Of a stretch of 64,000 nucleotides of DNA, positions 18,589 to 29,464 are shown piece by piece. Source of the stretch: Candidatus Poseidoniaceae archaeon. GTDB taxonomy: Archaea > Thermoplasmatota > Poseidoniia > Poseidoniales > Poseidoniaceae. How positions within the stretch are numbered: the stretch's first letter is position 1; each line of letters begins with the position of its first letter. The stretch lies in contig JASLKG010000005.1 in assembly GCA_030747695.1 (NCBI GenBank), forward strand, positions 24,599-88,598, given 5' to 3'. The notes under the pieces are model-generated. The model was not told the origin of the DNA and ran no database searches. It saw only the letters and a list, made by a program, of their open reading frames with translations. A program made the translations under genes and the position numbers.

Positions 18589-19047
18589 ATGGACCACAAC
18601 CCAGACCGCATTGCTGTGTGGCCAGGATACTTTAATGCCAAAGTTTCTCGAAGAAGTGGACGTAGAGTGCCTAGAGATTCATCAGTTCTAAGGCCGGATC
18701 TTGAAGGCTTATTCATTGCAGCAAGGGCATTGGGCTTGCGTAAAATAAAGAGGGATGAAAGAATTTCACATCCTCAAAGACCCCATGGAAAGGAAGGGCG
18801 CCTATGGGTTTCTAAACGAGGAGCATTAGAGTCAATAGGAGCCAGTAGTAAGGAAGAAATCTTACAATTAATAGGCGGGCAATGGCGCAAAATGCAGAAG
18901 GAACAACGAGATACAGAGAAAGAGGCTGCAGTACGTGGCCCTCAAACTGGAGACCGTCGGGCAAGAGCGCAAAGAAAAGGTTCAAACAAGGCAAAGGCAG
19001 CTCAGGCTAGAGCCCAGCGAGCACAAAAACAACGTCGCCGTAGATAA
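18589..19047 (+). CDS. srp19: Signal recognition particle 19-kDa protein (SRP19) with basic C-terminal tail
   Basis: IAVWPGYFNAKVSRRSGRRVP matches the SRP19 N-terminal signature. Confidence 0.8.
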   Translation: MDHNPDRIAVWPGYFNAKVSRRSGRRVPRDSSVLRPDLEGLFIAARALGLRKIKRDERISHPQRPHGKEGRLWVSKRGALESIGASSKEEILQLIGGQWRKMQKEQRDTEKEAAVRGPQTGDRRARAQRKGSNKAKAAQARAQRAQKQRRRR

Positions 19048-19122
19048 TTATCTACACCCGGAGAAGGGCCCCGGGGATTCCCCGAATTTCATTTATGTCC
19101 TTTAAGCGACAAATAAGAAAAC

Positions 19123-20085
19123 ATGTTGGGTCAAAAAATCTCACACACTATGCTAATTATTGCTATGATGGTAGCAATGACAACTGTAGCCAGCACAGCT
19201 ACAGCAGAATCAAACCATGAAGAAACATCAGATTATGATGTTTCCACACTTGATGAGGGCTATCTATTGGAAGAAGCCCTTGCAATGTTGGAAGAAGTAT
19301 CTGATGTAGAGATAATTGTTGTTACTGATGGACAAATTGCAGAAGTAACAGTGATTGTTAATTATGTAGATGGGGAAAGTGAAATGATTGAGTTTAGAAT
19401 GGATCTAGAAGAAATCAGAGAGACCCTAGCTAACCATGAGGGCGATGTCGAATGGGAATCTCAACCATCACCCCCTCCTCGCCCACAAAATGATTGTGAT
19501 AGAGGATACCTTCACGGTACAATTACTATGTTGGAAAATGATACTGGCGAGATAGATGGAGTTGTAATCAATCTAAATGGCGAAGTTGTTGGCAATATGT
19601 GGGGAACTTACGATGCTAATGGATTTGCGAGCGGATATGGCTCTTCATCAGATTCTTCGACTTCAGAGGCTGCATGGAAAGTTGTTTATGATAATGGAAG
19701 ATTTACAGGCTTTTGGGAAACATTTGATATTGGCGATGATGAAGCAAGTCATGGCAAAATGAAAGGACATTACAAAGTGAATGAGAGTAATGGAACAGGT
19801 GAATTCCATGGTAAGTGGAAAGAATATTGCCAAAAAGATGCCCAGCAACCTGTAGTGGAAGATGAAAATACAGAAGACTGGACTGATGAGGAAGAAGTTA
19901 ATGGAACTTCAGAGGATTGGACTGAAGAAGGTTCAGAGGAAATTAATGACAATTCAACATCTGAAAATGGAACGGTAATTGATGTTGGATCTATGAAAGT
20001 ACTTCCAGGATTTACTGGGGTCATAGGAATGGTTGCACTAATGGGCGGGGCGGTCCTAGCAGGACGCCGCTCTGGTTTGGCTTGA
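19123..20085 (+). CDS. Secreted acidic protein with PGF-CTERM archaeosortase sorting signal
   Basis: N-terminal signal-peptide-like segment MLGQKISHTMLIIAMMVAMTTVASTATA. C-terminal VLPGFTGVIGMVALMGGAVLAGRRSGLA (PGF + TM + basic). Confidence 0.75.
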   Translation: MLGQKISHTMLIIAMMVAMTTVASTATAESNHEETSDYDVSTLDEGYLLEEALAMLEEVSDVEIIVVTDGQIAEVTVIVNYVDGESEMIEFRMDLEEIRETLANHEGDVEWESQPSPPPRPQNDCDRGYLHGTITMLENDTGEIDGVVINLNGEVVGNMWGTYDANGFASGYGSSSDSSTSEAAWKVVYDNGRFTGFWETFDIGDDEASHGKMKGHYKVNESNGTGEFHGKWKEYCQKDAQQPVVEDENTEDWTDEEEVNGTSEDWTEEGSEEINDNSTSENGTVIDVGSMKVLPGFTGVIGMVALMGGAVLAGRRSGLA

Positions 20086-20126
20086 GAAAGCATGGGTATT
20101 ATCACTAACAACCTTGTAGCAAGGCT

Positions 20127-20678
20127 ATGGAAGCGACACGTTCGTGGATTAGGATATTTGTATTTGTAGCTGGACCTTTAGTTCTTGTATCATATTTATA
20201 TGGTCTTTCAAGAATTGAAGATAAGATGGCCTTATGGGGAGGAATACCCTCCTCATGGGTACCTTACATAGTTCCATTTATGTTTGTAGCAGCGATTGGA
20301 TTTTTGATATATTGGTGGATTTCGTTATTTCAATTAGATGTTGAGCAATTACAATCATTTAGATGGCCTTGGTCTGATTCTGATGGTAATGGTTTGAATC
20401 GTTTATTACTTGCATATTCATTATTTTTGATTCCATCTGCATTGTGGTTGGAATCAACTTTGTTTCATATGTCTAATGAACATGGTTGGACTCCAATATT
20501 AGTGATTGGAACTTTATTTGTGGCTGCAATTGGTAATGTGATGATGGGTTTACTAGCTTACTCAGCATATCAAGATGGTATAGAAGGAGCGGGATTGATG
20601 TTTGTTGGGACAATTTTACTTGCCATTCAAGTAATTTTCAATGATCTTATTGTTTGGTCATATAAATTCCCTTGGTGA
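20127..20678 (+). CDS. Integral membrane protein (5-6 TM), unknown
   Basis: Hydrophobicity pattern only. Confidence 0.45.
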   Translation: MEATRSWIRIFVFVAGPLVLVSYLYGLSRIEDKMALWGGIPSSWVPYIVPFMFVAAIGFLIYWWISLFQLDVEQLQSFRWPWSDSDGNGLNRLLLAYSLFLIPSALWLESTLFHMSNEHGWTPILVIGTLFVAAIGNVMMGLLAYSAYQDGIEGAGLMFVGTILLAIQVIFNDLIVWSYKFPW

Positions 20679-20777
20679 ACAAATGCTTGATATGATTTCA
20701 GCAATAATTAGCTCAATCTTTGGAGCTGGAGATGCAGTCGAAGAACTACTCGAAGAAGAGTAGTAATTTTACAAACA

Positions 20778-21725
20778 TCACGAACCCGTATTTACAACTG
20801 GAGTAGTATCTGTTTCAGAACAGAGTACAACTAGTAGATTACTTACCATTGTAGCTTTCTTTTCTTCATCGAGTTCAATGATTCCTTTTCCACTAAGTTG
20901 TTGTAATGCTAATTCAACCATTCCAACTGCACCATCAACAATCTCGCGACGTGCTGCTACTACGGCTGCAGCTTGTTGTCGACGTAGCATTGCTTGCGCG
21001 ATTTCAGTAGAGTAGGCAAGGTAACTAATACGTGCTTCTAGAACTTCAATACCAGCCCTTTTTAGGCGCGCTTCGACAGATGTTCGCAATTCTGTGGCAA
21101 TTACATCTTGATGACTTGAAAGTGTAATGCCTCCGATGTCTTTGTCCTCTATGGCATCATATGGGTATTGTGTTGCCATTTCTCTTAGCGCGGCCTCACT
21201 TTGGATTTGCACATAGTGGTCATAATTTTCAACTTCGAATAGTGCTTCAGCAGCATCATAGACTCTCCAAACAACTACTGCTGCTATATCAATTGGATTG
21301 GCATTTACATCATTCACCTTTAACTTACTAGATTCAAAGTTGTTAATTCGCATATTGATTCTCCTTTTTTCCAAAAATGGGTTGAGGAAGAATCTGAAAC
21401 CTTCTCTTTTTTCTGTGGAGACATATTTTCCGAAGAATAATAGTGCAATGGCTTGATTTGGGTGAACTATTGCGTAACTGTTCCAGTATAGGAACCAAGC
21501 AATCCCCAAAAGAATATGGAATATTCCGAGGAAAATAGAGATAACCGCACTATCTGCTGCGTACAATAATAGAGAAAGGACTCCTAAAAGTGGCACTAAT
21601 ATAAAGTGAATTAAGAATCCTAAAATTCCATGTATTGAATTATTTGCCTTTACATCACGAAAGTCTGGTTGAGAATCATCATGTGAGGGTTCGTTGAGAA
21701 TCATCATGGTTTGTGGGGGTTCCAT
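20778..21725 (-). CDS. SPFH/band-7 (stomatin/prohibitin-like) domain membrane protein
   Basis: N-terminal TM helices followed by an SPFH-like core (VVWRVYDAAEALFEVENY...IQSEAALREMA) and a coiled-coil tail. Confidence 0.7.
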   Translation of the reverse strand: MEPPQTMMILNEPSHDDSQPDFRDVKANNSIHGILGFLIHFILVPLLGVLSLLLYAADSAVISIFLGIFHILLGIAWFLYWNSYAIVHPNQAIALLFFGKYVSTEKREGFRFFLNPFLEKRRINMRINNFESSKLKVNDVNANPIDIAAVVVWRVYDAAEALFEVENYDHYVQIQSEAALREMATQYPYDAIEDKDIGGITLSSHQDVIATELRTSVEARLKRAGIEVLEARISYLAYSTEIAQAMLRRQQAAAVVAARREIVDGAVGMVELALQQLSGKGIIELDEEKKATMVSNLLVVLCSETDTTPVVNTGS

Positions 21726-21771
21726 AGTTGTCGCACTAAGTTGGGTCTAATAAAGGAACTGTTAGATAAAA

Positions 21772-22800
21772 TTAGATCCCAGGTACTGGATGTACCCAGC
21801 CGAGAACATCCTCATCGATTTCATTTTGTATATTTGTTAATGCATTGTACAATTTTATTGTTAGTTCACCAGGAGTATTGCCATCAGAATATGTAGCTTT
21901 ATTTTCACCCAATGTTATTGATCCTATGGGACTAATTACAGCAGCAGTGCCACAACAAAACGCTTCATCAGCACTCATTGCTAGTTCGTGACTAACCTTT
22001 GTCTCAACAACTTCAACACCCATCTTACGTGCAAGTTGAATTAGAGAATCTCTAGTAATTCCTGGCAATATTGTGCCAGTTAATTCTGGAGTATACAATA
22101 TTCCCTCTTTGTAACAGAAGAAATTAGCAGCTCCTACTTCTTCGATATATTTGTGATGTTCAGCATCAAGATAAATCACTTCAGCAAATCCTTTCGATTT
22201 TGCTTTCTTAGATGGCATCATCCCCGGAGCATAGTTTCCAATTGCTTTGACGCCACCCGATCCTCCGGGAGCAGCACGGTGATGTTCATCACTAATTAGT
22301 AAGTCAATACAATTCATTCCACCTTTGAAATAGGGGCCAACTGGTGTAACGTAAACCATGAATGTGTATTCTGGAGCAGGGGCAACACCTAGAACTGCAC
22401 CACTCCCATTGAGTAACGGACGTACGTAAAGTGCACCTTTGCCCATAGGAGGAATCCATCGGGAGTTTTGTTGTACACATTGTTCTACTGCATCTATGAA
22501 AATTGACTCAGGTACAGGCGGCATTTTGAGCCGATCAGCACCTCTTTGCATACGTCGTGCATTTTCTTCAGGGCGAAATAATACTACTCTACCAGCAGCG
22601 GTCCTGTAAGCTTTCAATCCTTCGAACAATCCTTGACCGTAATTGATTACTCCAGCAGCAGGCGAGATAGTTATATTTCCATATGGGAGCATATTTCCAG
22701 GAGCCCAAGGCTCATCGATTGCAGTCTTAGCGATATACATGTTATCAGTCTCTGTGATAGAGAAAGTTAGAGAGTCCCAATCCACAGGCGTTTCGCTCAT
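21772..22800 (-). CDS. ilvE: Branched-chain amino acid aminotransferase (class IV PLP enzyme)
   Basis: Fold-type IV motifs (GVAPAPEYTFMVYVTPVGPYF; GGSGGVKAIGNYA). Start taken at the internal ATG 22800 (MSETPV...), because the longer ORF overlaps the polB start. Confidence 0.85.
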   Translation of the reverse strand: MSETPVDWDSLTFSITETDNMYIAKTAIDEPWAPGNMLPYGNITISPAAGVINYGQGLFEGLKAYRTAAGRVVLFRPEENARRMQRGADRLKMPPVPESIFIDAVEQCVQQNSRWIPPMGKGALYVRPLLNGSGAVLGVAPAPEYTFMVYVTPVGPYFKGGMNCIDLLISDEHHRAAPGGSGGVKAIGNYAPGMMPSKKAKSKGFAEVIYLDAEHHKYIEEVGAANFFCYKEGILYTPELTGTILPGITRDSLIQLARKMGVEVVETKVSHELAMSADEAFCCGTAAVISPIGSITLGENKATYSDGNTPGELTIKLYNALTNIQNEIDEDVLGWVHPVPGI

Positions 22801-22975
22801 TGTTGTCGACCAGCAACCGGCGGTATTCAATGATTGTGCGCGAAATTGGCAAAAGTACGCTTTCGACAAGTTGTTGGGGTATTGACTCTCACCGTTCCAT
22901 ATGCGCCCGCCACGCTGGACCGGTGATGTAGCAATAATCACAGGCCGCTATGTTTCAAACAATGGAACTACAGTG

Positions 22976-25381
22976 ATGGAACTCTGGGCTCGAGCCCATA
23001 CAGGCGAATCTGTGTTGTTAAGAGTTCAGGGCGAACGTCCTTGGTTTGAGATTACACCTCAAGGTCGATGGGATGATTCAAGAGTAATTGACCTAAGCCA
23101 AATCAAAGAACACGAAGATGTTACAGAGGTTGTAGGGCCTGCTGAAAAATGGACAGACCTTGGAATAAAGCCAGTTTGGAAAGTCTATGTAGACCAACCA
23201 TTCAAAGTACCAAAATTGCGTAAAGAATTTTCTGGACGTTGGACAATATTATCAGGAGATATACCCTTTGTAAATCGCTTTTTCCTAGATGGGGATTTGT
23301 CAATGCATGTTAGTGTTGATGGTGAGATAATAAATTCTGAACATCCTGTAGAGATTTGCCTTAAACTTACAATGTCAGATATTTCTAATTGTGATCCATT
23401 TCCCGCTCCTTTCAAGATATTTTCATTTGATCTTGAGACTTCTATTGCACACAATACAATCTTGTGTGCAGCAGCAGTTGTGGAAGATATGGGTTCTAGC
23501 GAAAGAACTCGTCACACCTTTATTGGTAAGGAAGAAGAGATATTGCGAGGTTTGACAGAACTTGTAAGAACAAGCGACCCTGATATAATAACAGGATACA
23601 ATATTGACAATTTCGACATGAGACGGATTGTTGATAGAGCAAATTTAATTTCCAAAAAAGATAGATCCATGAAAATAGATACAATGGGATGGGGGCGCGT
23701 TTCCATTGACGAAAAAAACCGGCAAAGAGATACATTGTTTCCTACAAGGGGTACAGCAAGAGCTTGGAATTTGGCTGGCCGATGCGTCATGGATGCATGG
23801 TGGCAAGCAAGACAGGCTTTACGCCCTCAAAGGGAGACATTAAAATTCGTCTCTAGGCTGTTATTTCCAGAAAATGAAGAAATGCAAAAGATGGATATTG
23901 ATGCTTCAAAGATGGACGAAGAATGGGAAAAACGTCCTGATGAAGTATTGGAATATTGTTTACGCGATGCCGAACTACCTCTCGATATAATGCATGAAAT
24001 TCAAGCATTTAGAAGGAAAGAAGCAATAGCATCAGTTGCAAAAGTAAGCCTTGACACTAGTGCTAATGGGACTACTTCTCAGTTAATTGATTCACTAGTG
24101 ATAAGATTAGCAGACCGGAGCGGGATTGGTGTTCCATTAACAGGTTCAGCAGATCGTAAGGAAGAGCAAATCACTGGAGGTTATGTGCACGATGTTGAGG
24201 CGGGTTTGCATCCATGGATTGCAATACTAGATTTCAAATCTATGTATCCCTCAATCATGATTGGCAACAATATTTGTTACACTACTAGAATAGATCCGGG
24301 AAGTACAGATCAACCAAACAAAGATGAATTGATTCATAAGTCTCCAACTGGTGCAAAATTTCGCAATTCGGAAAGTAGGCGAGGGATGGTACCTCAGTTA
24401 CTAGAAGACCTGATGTCACAGAGAGATGAGCATAAAGCTGGTTTGAAATCAGCCAAAGATAACAGTATCCGTTCATATCATGATCAAATGCAATACGCTG
24501 TAAAAATTCTCATGAATTCATTTTATGGAGTATTTGCCAGTGGATTTTATCGATTTACACATCGTGATTTAGGGTCTAGTATTACCGCATGGGCTCGCCA
24601 CAATATTAAACAAATCATACAAGAATTGGATAACGAGGGCCACAAAGTAGTCTATTCAGATACCGATTCAATATTTGTAAAATCTCCAGTTGACGATACT
24701 GAAAACCCGAAAGAAGTTATGATAGAATTTGGCCATGCTACAGCAAATAGATTTAGCAAAGCAAGCGCTGAATTAGAATTTGAAAAAGGCCTTTCAGTGT
24801 TTTTCAGCCACGGAGCAAAAAAACGGTATGTTGGACAAGTGGTTTGGCCAAACGAAGAGATGTTGGTTAGAGGTTATGAAACTCAAAGAACCGATTCATT
24901 TCGATATCTAACAGATGGTATGAAAGAAATGTTTAGACATGTTTTATCAGATAATTCCGAAGAAGCAATAAATTTAGCAATTGAAAAGATACAATCAGCA
25001 AAACAAGGACAGGCAAATATTCGGGATTTGATAATGAGTAAATCTTGCAAAGGCAGGTGGGATAAATCACGTAGTGAATGGGATTTTACAAAGGATTACG
25101 CAAATCCAGAATCAATGGTGCAAGTACGTGCTGCTAAGGCATTAATAGCTAAAGGACTCCCATTTACGCCTGGAATGAAAATAGCATACATTGTTACAAA
25201 TGCTAGAATAAGGCCAATGCAAATAGTCCCATGGCTTGAAGAAGATTTACCAACAAATTATGATGGGCAATTTTATGCTGAAAGATTAGCGACAGCATTT
25301 GGAAGAGTTACTGAAGCGTTTGGATGGTCAGCGAAAGAACTTTTGTCGGGAAACCGGCAAACATCACTTTTTTCGTTCTAA
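22976..25381 (+). CDS. polB: Family-B DNA polymerase (PolB), intein-free, about 800 aa
   Basis: Exo I FDLET, Exo II YNIDNFD, Exo III YCLRD, motif A DFKSMYPSIM, motif B KILMNSFYG, motif C YSDTDS, all present. Confidence 0.9.
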   Translation: MELWARAHTGESVLLRVQGERPWFEITPQGRWDDSRVIDLSQIKEHEDVTEVVGPAEKWTDLGIKPVWKVYVDQPFKVPKLRKEFSGRWTILSGDIPFVNRFFLDGDLSMHVSVDGEIINSEHPVEICLKLTMSDISNCDPFPAPFKIFSFDLETSIAHNTILCAAAVVEDMGSSERTRHTFIGKEEEILRGLTELVRTSDPDIITGYNIDNFDMRRIVDRANLISKKDRSMKIDTMGWGRVSIDEKNRQRDTLFPTRGTARAWNLAGRCVMDAWWQARQALRPQRETLKFVSRLLFPENEEMQKMDIDASKMDEEWEKRPDEVLEYCLRDAELPLDIMHEIQAFRRKEAIASVAKVSLDTSANGTTSQLIDSLVIRLADRSGIGVPLTGSADRKEEQITGGYVHDVEAGLHPWIAILDFKSMYPSIMIGNNICYTTRIDPGSTDQPNKDELIHKSPTGAKFRNSESRRGMVPQLLEDLMSQRDEHKAGLKSAKDNSIRSYHDQMQYAVKILMNSFYGVFASGFYRFTHRDLGSSITAWARHNIKQIIQELDNEGHKVVYSDTDSIFVKSPVDDTENPKEVMIEFGHATANRFSKASAELEFEKGLSVFFSHGAKKRYVGQVVWPNEEMLVRGYETQRTDSFRYLTDGMKEMFRHVLSDNSEEAINLAIEKIQSAKQGQANIRDLIMSKSCKGRWDKSRSEWDFTKDYANPESMVQVRAAKALIAKGLPFTPGMKIAYIVTNARIRPMQIVPWLEEDLPTNYDGQFYAERLATAFGRVTEAFGWSAKELLSGNRQTSLFSF

Positions 25382-25417
25382 ATGTGAAACATCAGGCGCA
25401 AGAGTTGAATTGTAGCA

Positions 25418-26611
25418 ATGTCCCCCGCACTACTGATGAAGCCTATATTTGTCGTACTCTTGTTCATTTCGTCAGCACTTACTGGATGTTTAGCATCGGA
25501 TGAGGAACCAGGTGCCGATATGGAAGCAGTGTTCAGTTATTCTCCTAGTGAAAATATTCGCGAAGGCCAAAATATTGAGTTCGATGGTTCAGCATCTCTT
25601 CCGATGGGTGTATCATTAACTTACAAGTGGGATTTTCAAGATGATGGTTCAGTGGATGAAACTGGACGTTACGCATCTTGGTCTTATCCAATTGCAGGAG
25701 AATATGATGTGCGCCTCACAGTTTCTGATGGAATAAGTTCCAAATCACAAACAAGGAAAGTTACAATCATCGCAGCAGATGCAGTAATTCCTGAAGCAGA
25801 AGCAGGCTCTTTCACACCAAATTCAGATTGTGATGGCGAATCTGTAAATGGAGGATCTTATTATTTGTATTATATTTGTGAGATGGATAGAGACTTGTCT
25901 AACAAAAGAGTGGAATCAACGACTACTGTGACATTAGATGGGAGCAATTCAGACCCTGGAGCGAATGATGAGTTCATAGCTACCTGGGAGTGGGACTTAG
26001 ATCTTTACACTGATTCAGATGGTGATGGAGATCCTGAGAATGATGTTGATGATTCTGGAGAAACCGTAGAATGGAAAGAAGTAGAACCAGGAGAGTACAA
26101 GATTTCCTTAACTGTAACTAATGGTGCAGATTATACAGATACAGATGAAGTTGTTGTGTATGTCAATTATGTAGGGCAATGGAATGAATTTCAAATCGGC
26201 GGAGGATCTGGAAATAATCCTACAGATATGGAATTTAAATTCTCTGTAACTCAGGATGTGGATAATGGAAATACAATACGTCGATCTATTGGAGAACTAA
26301 TCTATCCAAAGGAAGACTCTGATTGTATTGATACCTGCCCAGGTGATTGTAATAATTGCAGAGCTAAGATCGATATATTTGGGTACAATTCTACAGATGA
26401 AGAAATAGCAAACACCTCTGAAACAGGATTAGATCAACGAACTGCAGGAGATTGTGATGACTCAACAGATTGTGTATGGTTACAATTTACAGGTTCATAT
26501 CATTTTTCCGAATCACAGCATAAAGATGGCGAGTGGACTTATATCATACGTAATGAAATGGTAAACGACCTTGAAATTGAGTCATTCGCAATACGTTTGG
26601 TCTACAAGTAA
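25418..26611 (+). CDS. Secreted/lipoprotein-like PKD-domain protein
   Basis: Signal peptide ending LTGC; PKD-like repeats (YKWDFQDDGS...GEYDVRLTVSDG; WEWDLD...GEYKISLTVTNG). Confidence 0.7.
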   Translation: MSPALLMKPIFVVLLFISSALTGCLASDEEPGADMEAVFSYSPSENIREGQNIEFDGSASLPMGVSLTYKWDFQDDGSVDETGRYASWSYPIAGEYDVRLTVSDGISSKSQTRKVTIIAADAVIPEAEAGSFTPNSDCDGESVNGGSYYLYYICEMDRDLSNKRVESTTTVTLDGSNSDPGANDEFIATWEWDLDLYTDSDGDGDPENDVDDSGETVEWKEVEPGEYKISLTVTNGADYTDTDEVVVYVNYVGQWNEFQIGGGSGNNPTDMEFKFSVTQDVDNGNTIRRSIGELIYPKEDSDCIDTCPGDCNNCRAKIDIFGYNSTDEEIANTSETGLDQRTAGDCDDSTDCVWLQFTGSYHFSESQHKDGEWTYIIRNEMVNDLEIESFAIRLVYK

Positions 26612-26700
26612 AGCGTTTATCACACCTAGATTAGTGTGATTCCGCGTCGCGGTCTTCAAATAGGGGAGTAAAGTCGGCGACCTGCAAAGGAGATAGCAAT

Positions 26701-27996
26701 ATGCCATCCGAATGGGAAGATAAATCTAAACCACACCGTAATATTGTGTTCATCGGACACGTTGATCATGGAAAGTCCACTACTGTAGGACGTCTACTTC
26801 TAGACTCTGGTCACATCGAAGAGCACGTAATTGAGAAGAACGAGAAGCTAGCCGCTGAAGCAGGTAAGGCCGGATTCGGTCTTGCTTATGTTATGGACGG
26901 TCTGAAGGAAGAGCGAGAGCGCGGTATTACTATCGACGTTGCGCACAAAGAATTCTTTACCCCAAAGTACTACTGGACTATCATTGATGCTCCAGGTCAC
27001 CGTGATTTCGTAAAGAACATGATCACTGGAGCATCCCAAGCGGATACAGCGGTCCTTCTATGTGCAGCAAATGATGGTGTAAATGCTCAGACAAAGGAAC
27101 ACGCCTTCCTTGCTAAAGTGTTGGGCGTATCTGAGTTAATTGTCCACGTCAACAAGATGGATATTTCTGGTGTTGATTGGGCTGAAGCGAAATACAAAGC
27201 GGCTTGTGACGAAGTAACTGGCCTACTAAAGATGGCTGGTTTTGGAAGTCAACTAGACCGTATACCAATGATTCCAGCATCTTCATTGAAAGGCGATAAC
27301 GTATTTACAAAGAGTGACAACACTTCTTGGTACAATGGCCCAACTTTGTTTGAGGCAATCGATTCGGCAGAGATGCCATCCAAGCCAGTAGACAAGCCAC
27401 TTCGCCTACCAATTCAAGATGTTTACAAGATTTCAGGAATTGGTACAGTACCAGTTGGTAAGATTGAGACAGGAACTCTGAATGTTGGTAAGACTGTAGT
27501 CTTTAACCCATCTCAGAAATCTGCTGAAGTCAAATCAATCGAGATGCACCACACAATGGTTCCAAAAGCAGAACCTGGCGACAACGTTGGTTTCAACGTT
27601 CGTGGTCTAGCTGCTGATGAAATCCGCCGTGGTGACGTTGCAGGATATACTGACAGTGCACCAACATTTGTCCGCCACGATGAGCACTTCGTAGGGCAAA
27701 TACAGTTGATGGATATTCCAAAGGCAGTATCAGTTGGTTACACACCAGTATTCCACGCACACACAGCTCAGGTTGCAGTCAAGTTCATGGAACTTCTAGA
27801 GAAGACCAATAAGAGTGGAAAAGAAGCAAACCCAAGTTTCCTAAAGACTGGAGATGCTTGTTTGATTCGCTTCCAACCTACTAAGCCAATGGCAATCGAG
27901 GACATGAAATCATTCCCTGAATTGTCCCGCTTCGCAATCCGTGATATGGGTAAGACCGTTGCGGCGGGCGTCTGTATCAAGATTGAGAAGAAGTGA
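26701..27996 (+). CDS. tuf: Translation elongation factor 1-alpha (aEF-1A)
   Basis: [27 protein letters not shown] GTPase motifs; 431 aa; AAAGGAGA SD upstream. Confidence 0.95.
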   Translation: MPSEWEDKSKPHRNIVFIGHVDHGKSTTVGRLLLDSGHIEEHVIEKNEKLAAEAGKAGFGLAYVMDGLKEERERGITIDVAHKEFFTPKYYWTIIDAPGHRDFVKNMITGASQADTAVLLCAANDGVNAQTKEHAFLAKVLGVSELIVHVNKMDISGVDWAEAKYKAACDEVTGLLKMAGFGSQLDRIPMIPASSLKGDNVFTKSDNTSWYNGPTLFEAIDSAEMPSKPVDKPLRLPIQDVYKISGIGTVPVGKIETGTLNVGKTVVFNPSQKSAEVKSIEMHHTMVPKAEPGDNVGFNVRGLAADEIRRGDVAGYTDSAPTFVRHDEHFVGQIQLMDIPKAVSVGYTPVFHAHTAQVAVKFMELLEKTNKSGKEANPSFLKTGDACLIRFQPTKPMAIEDMKSFPELSRFAIRDMGKTVAAGVCIKIEKK

Positions 27997-28048
27997 GGCT
28001 TGAATTGTTCCGACTGGACTACGATCCGAATGGAAGAGAGGTGAAATC

Positions 28049-28378
28049 ATGGCAGCAGTGACCATCATCAAGTTGACAGGAGAGAATCATAGAGATATTG
28101 ATGCAGTAGCATCTCAGATTAAAACAATCTGCGATAATGGTGGCATCAGTCTACGTGGTCCAATTCCATTACCAACACGCCGTCTTGTGGTACCATGCCG
28201 TAAAGCACCTGATGGTGAGGGAAGTGAAACTTATGATCATTGGGAGATGCGTATTCACAAGCGTCTTTTAGAAATGGATATCACAAGTGGAAAGGATGAA
28301 AGCGCTCTAAGGCAGGTTGCTCGAATTCCAATTCCAGATACTGTTAGTATTGAATTATCAATGCGTTCAATGAATTGA
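28049..28378 (+). CDS. rps10: 30S ribosomal protein S10 (uS10)
   Basis: Conserved aEF1A-S10 gene pair; 109 aa with IRGPIPLPTRR motif. Confidence 0.9.
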   Translation: MAAVTIIKLTGENHRDIDAVASQIKTICDNGGISLRGPIPLPTRRLVVPCRKAPDGEGSETYDHWEMRIHKRLLEMDITSGKDESALRQVARIPIPDTVSIELSMRSMN

Positions 28379-28397
28379 TATAATCAGAAATTAAGCA

Positions 28398-29405
28398 TCA
28401 CATTGATGCTATTTCAGCTACGCCAGATTCAACGAGGTAGTTTGCAAAATTACTCTCAACAAAGTGAATGTCTCCAGCTTCTAACATAAGTTCTCCATCA
28501 GCAGTGACCATAGGGTCATCCATTGTTTGTAGAATTCTGATTCTCATTAACTCGTCATTGTCACTTTCAGAGTTGTCAGAAGTTTCTTCTGATTCAGCCC
28601 AAGCATCAAAATCCATTTCTCTTTCTTTTTTTGACGGAGCTAATTCTAGTGCAGCAGCATGATTTTCCCCTTCCTTCATTACCACAGGTGTAACATTTTG
28701 CTTTGAATCATCTACCGGAGTCAAACCTTCTAACTCTGGATATTCTTCTGCATGAGAAATTCGGGCTTCTTCATCAACTTCAATATCATCAATAGGCTGT
28801 TCATTATCTTCAAGAGCAATAACTGGAGGTCCTTGCCCTGTAAGCCCTCCAACATCTTCTACAAAATTGTCTAATTGCATTGTCCCAGGACTCAGGACTA
28901 CAGTTTTGTCATCTCCTTCAGCAGACAATCCTATTTGCATGGAATTCCAATCTACGCTTTGTTTGAATCTATCAAGTAATTGAGTTAGGCTACTGTGAAA
29001 CTCTCTTTCAGCAGGATCATGTCTTGCCCAATCTAATGCTGCAAGATTTTGACCAGTAGCGCCACCTTCACTTCTAAGCGAAATAGAAGAAGCGTGCTGA
29101 GACATGGCTACTAATCGTTTTTTTGCTAAATCTGATGCAGTTCTTCTGACATTTGCTTGGCGTTTTTGTAGCGTTTGCATTTTCAAACTAGGGCCAACAG
29201 AGCGATAAATTTCATGAATTTCCATTTCGATAGTATCTAACAATTGACCTACCTTTTTCCAGAAGTCTTGACGTGGAAGTGCTATCGGAACACTTCGCCC
29301 GGCTTGCTGTCTGTAGGTCGAAAATAGTTGTTCTTCTACCTGTTTGGCCTGAGTGGGGTCAAGGAAGACACGTTCGGCCATGCTTATGCTCGTGGCGCGC
29401 CCCAC
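28398..29405 (-). CDS. Hypothetical acidic protein (335 aa)
   Basis: Long ORF, Glu/Asp-rich C-terminal half, no recognisable domain. Confidence 0.4.
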   Translation of the reverse strand: MGRATSISMAERVFLDPTQAKQVEEQLFSTYRQQAGRSVPIALPRQDFWKKVGQLLDTIEMEIHEIYRSVGPSLKMQTLQKRQANVRRTASDLAKKRLVAMSQHASSISLRSEGGATGQNLAALDWARHDPAEREFHSSLTQLLDRFKQSVDWNSMQIGLSAEGDDKTVVLSPGTMQLDNFVEDVGGLTGQGPPVIALEDNEQPIDDIEVDEEARISHAEEYPELEGLTPVDDSKQNVTPVVMKEGENHAAALELAPSKKEREMDFDAWAESEETSDNSESDNDELMRIRILQTMDDPMVTADGELMLEAGDIHFVESNFANYLVESGVAEIASM

Positions 29406-29464
29406 CTATCAACCTTCAGCGAATTACATTAAACAAATAGTGGGAGGATTCAAACCATCAGACC

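Noticed and set aside
20684-20763. 26-codon ORF (MLDMISAIISSIFGAGDAVEELLEEE) in the convergent gap between the membrane protein and the SPFH gene
   Set aside because: It is too short to call without conservation or expression data. Noted only as a possible micro-peptide.
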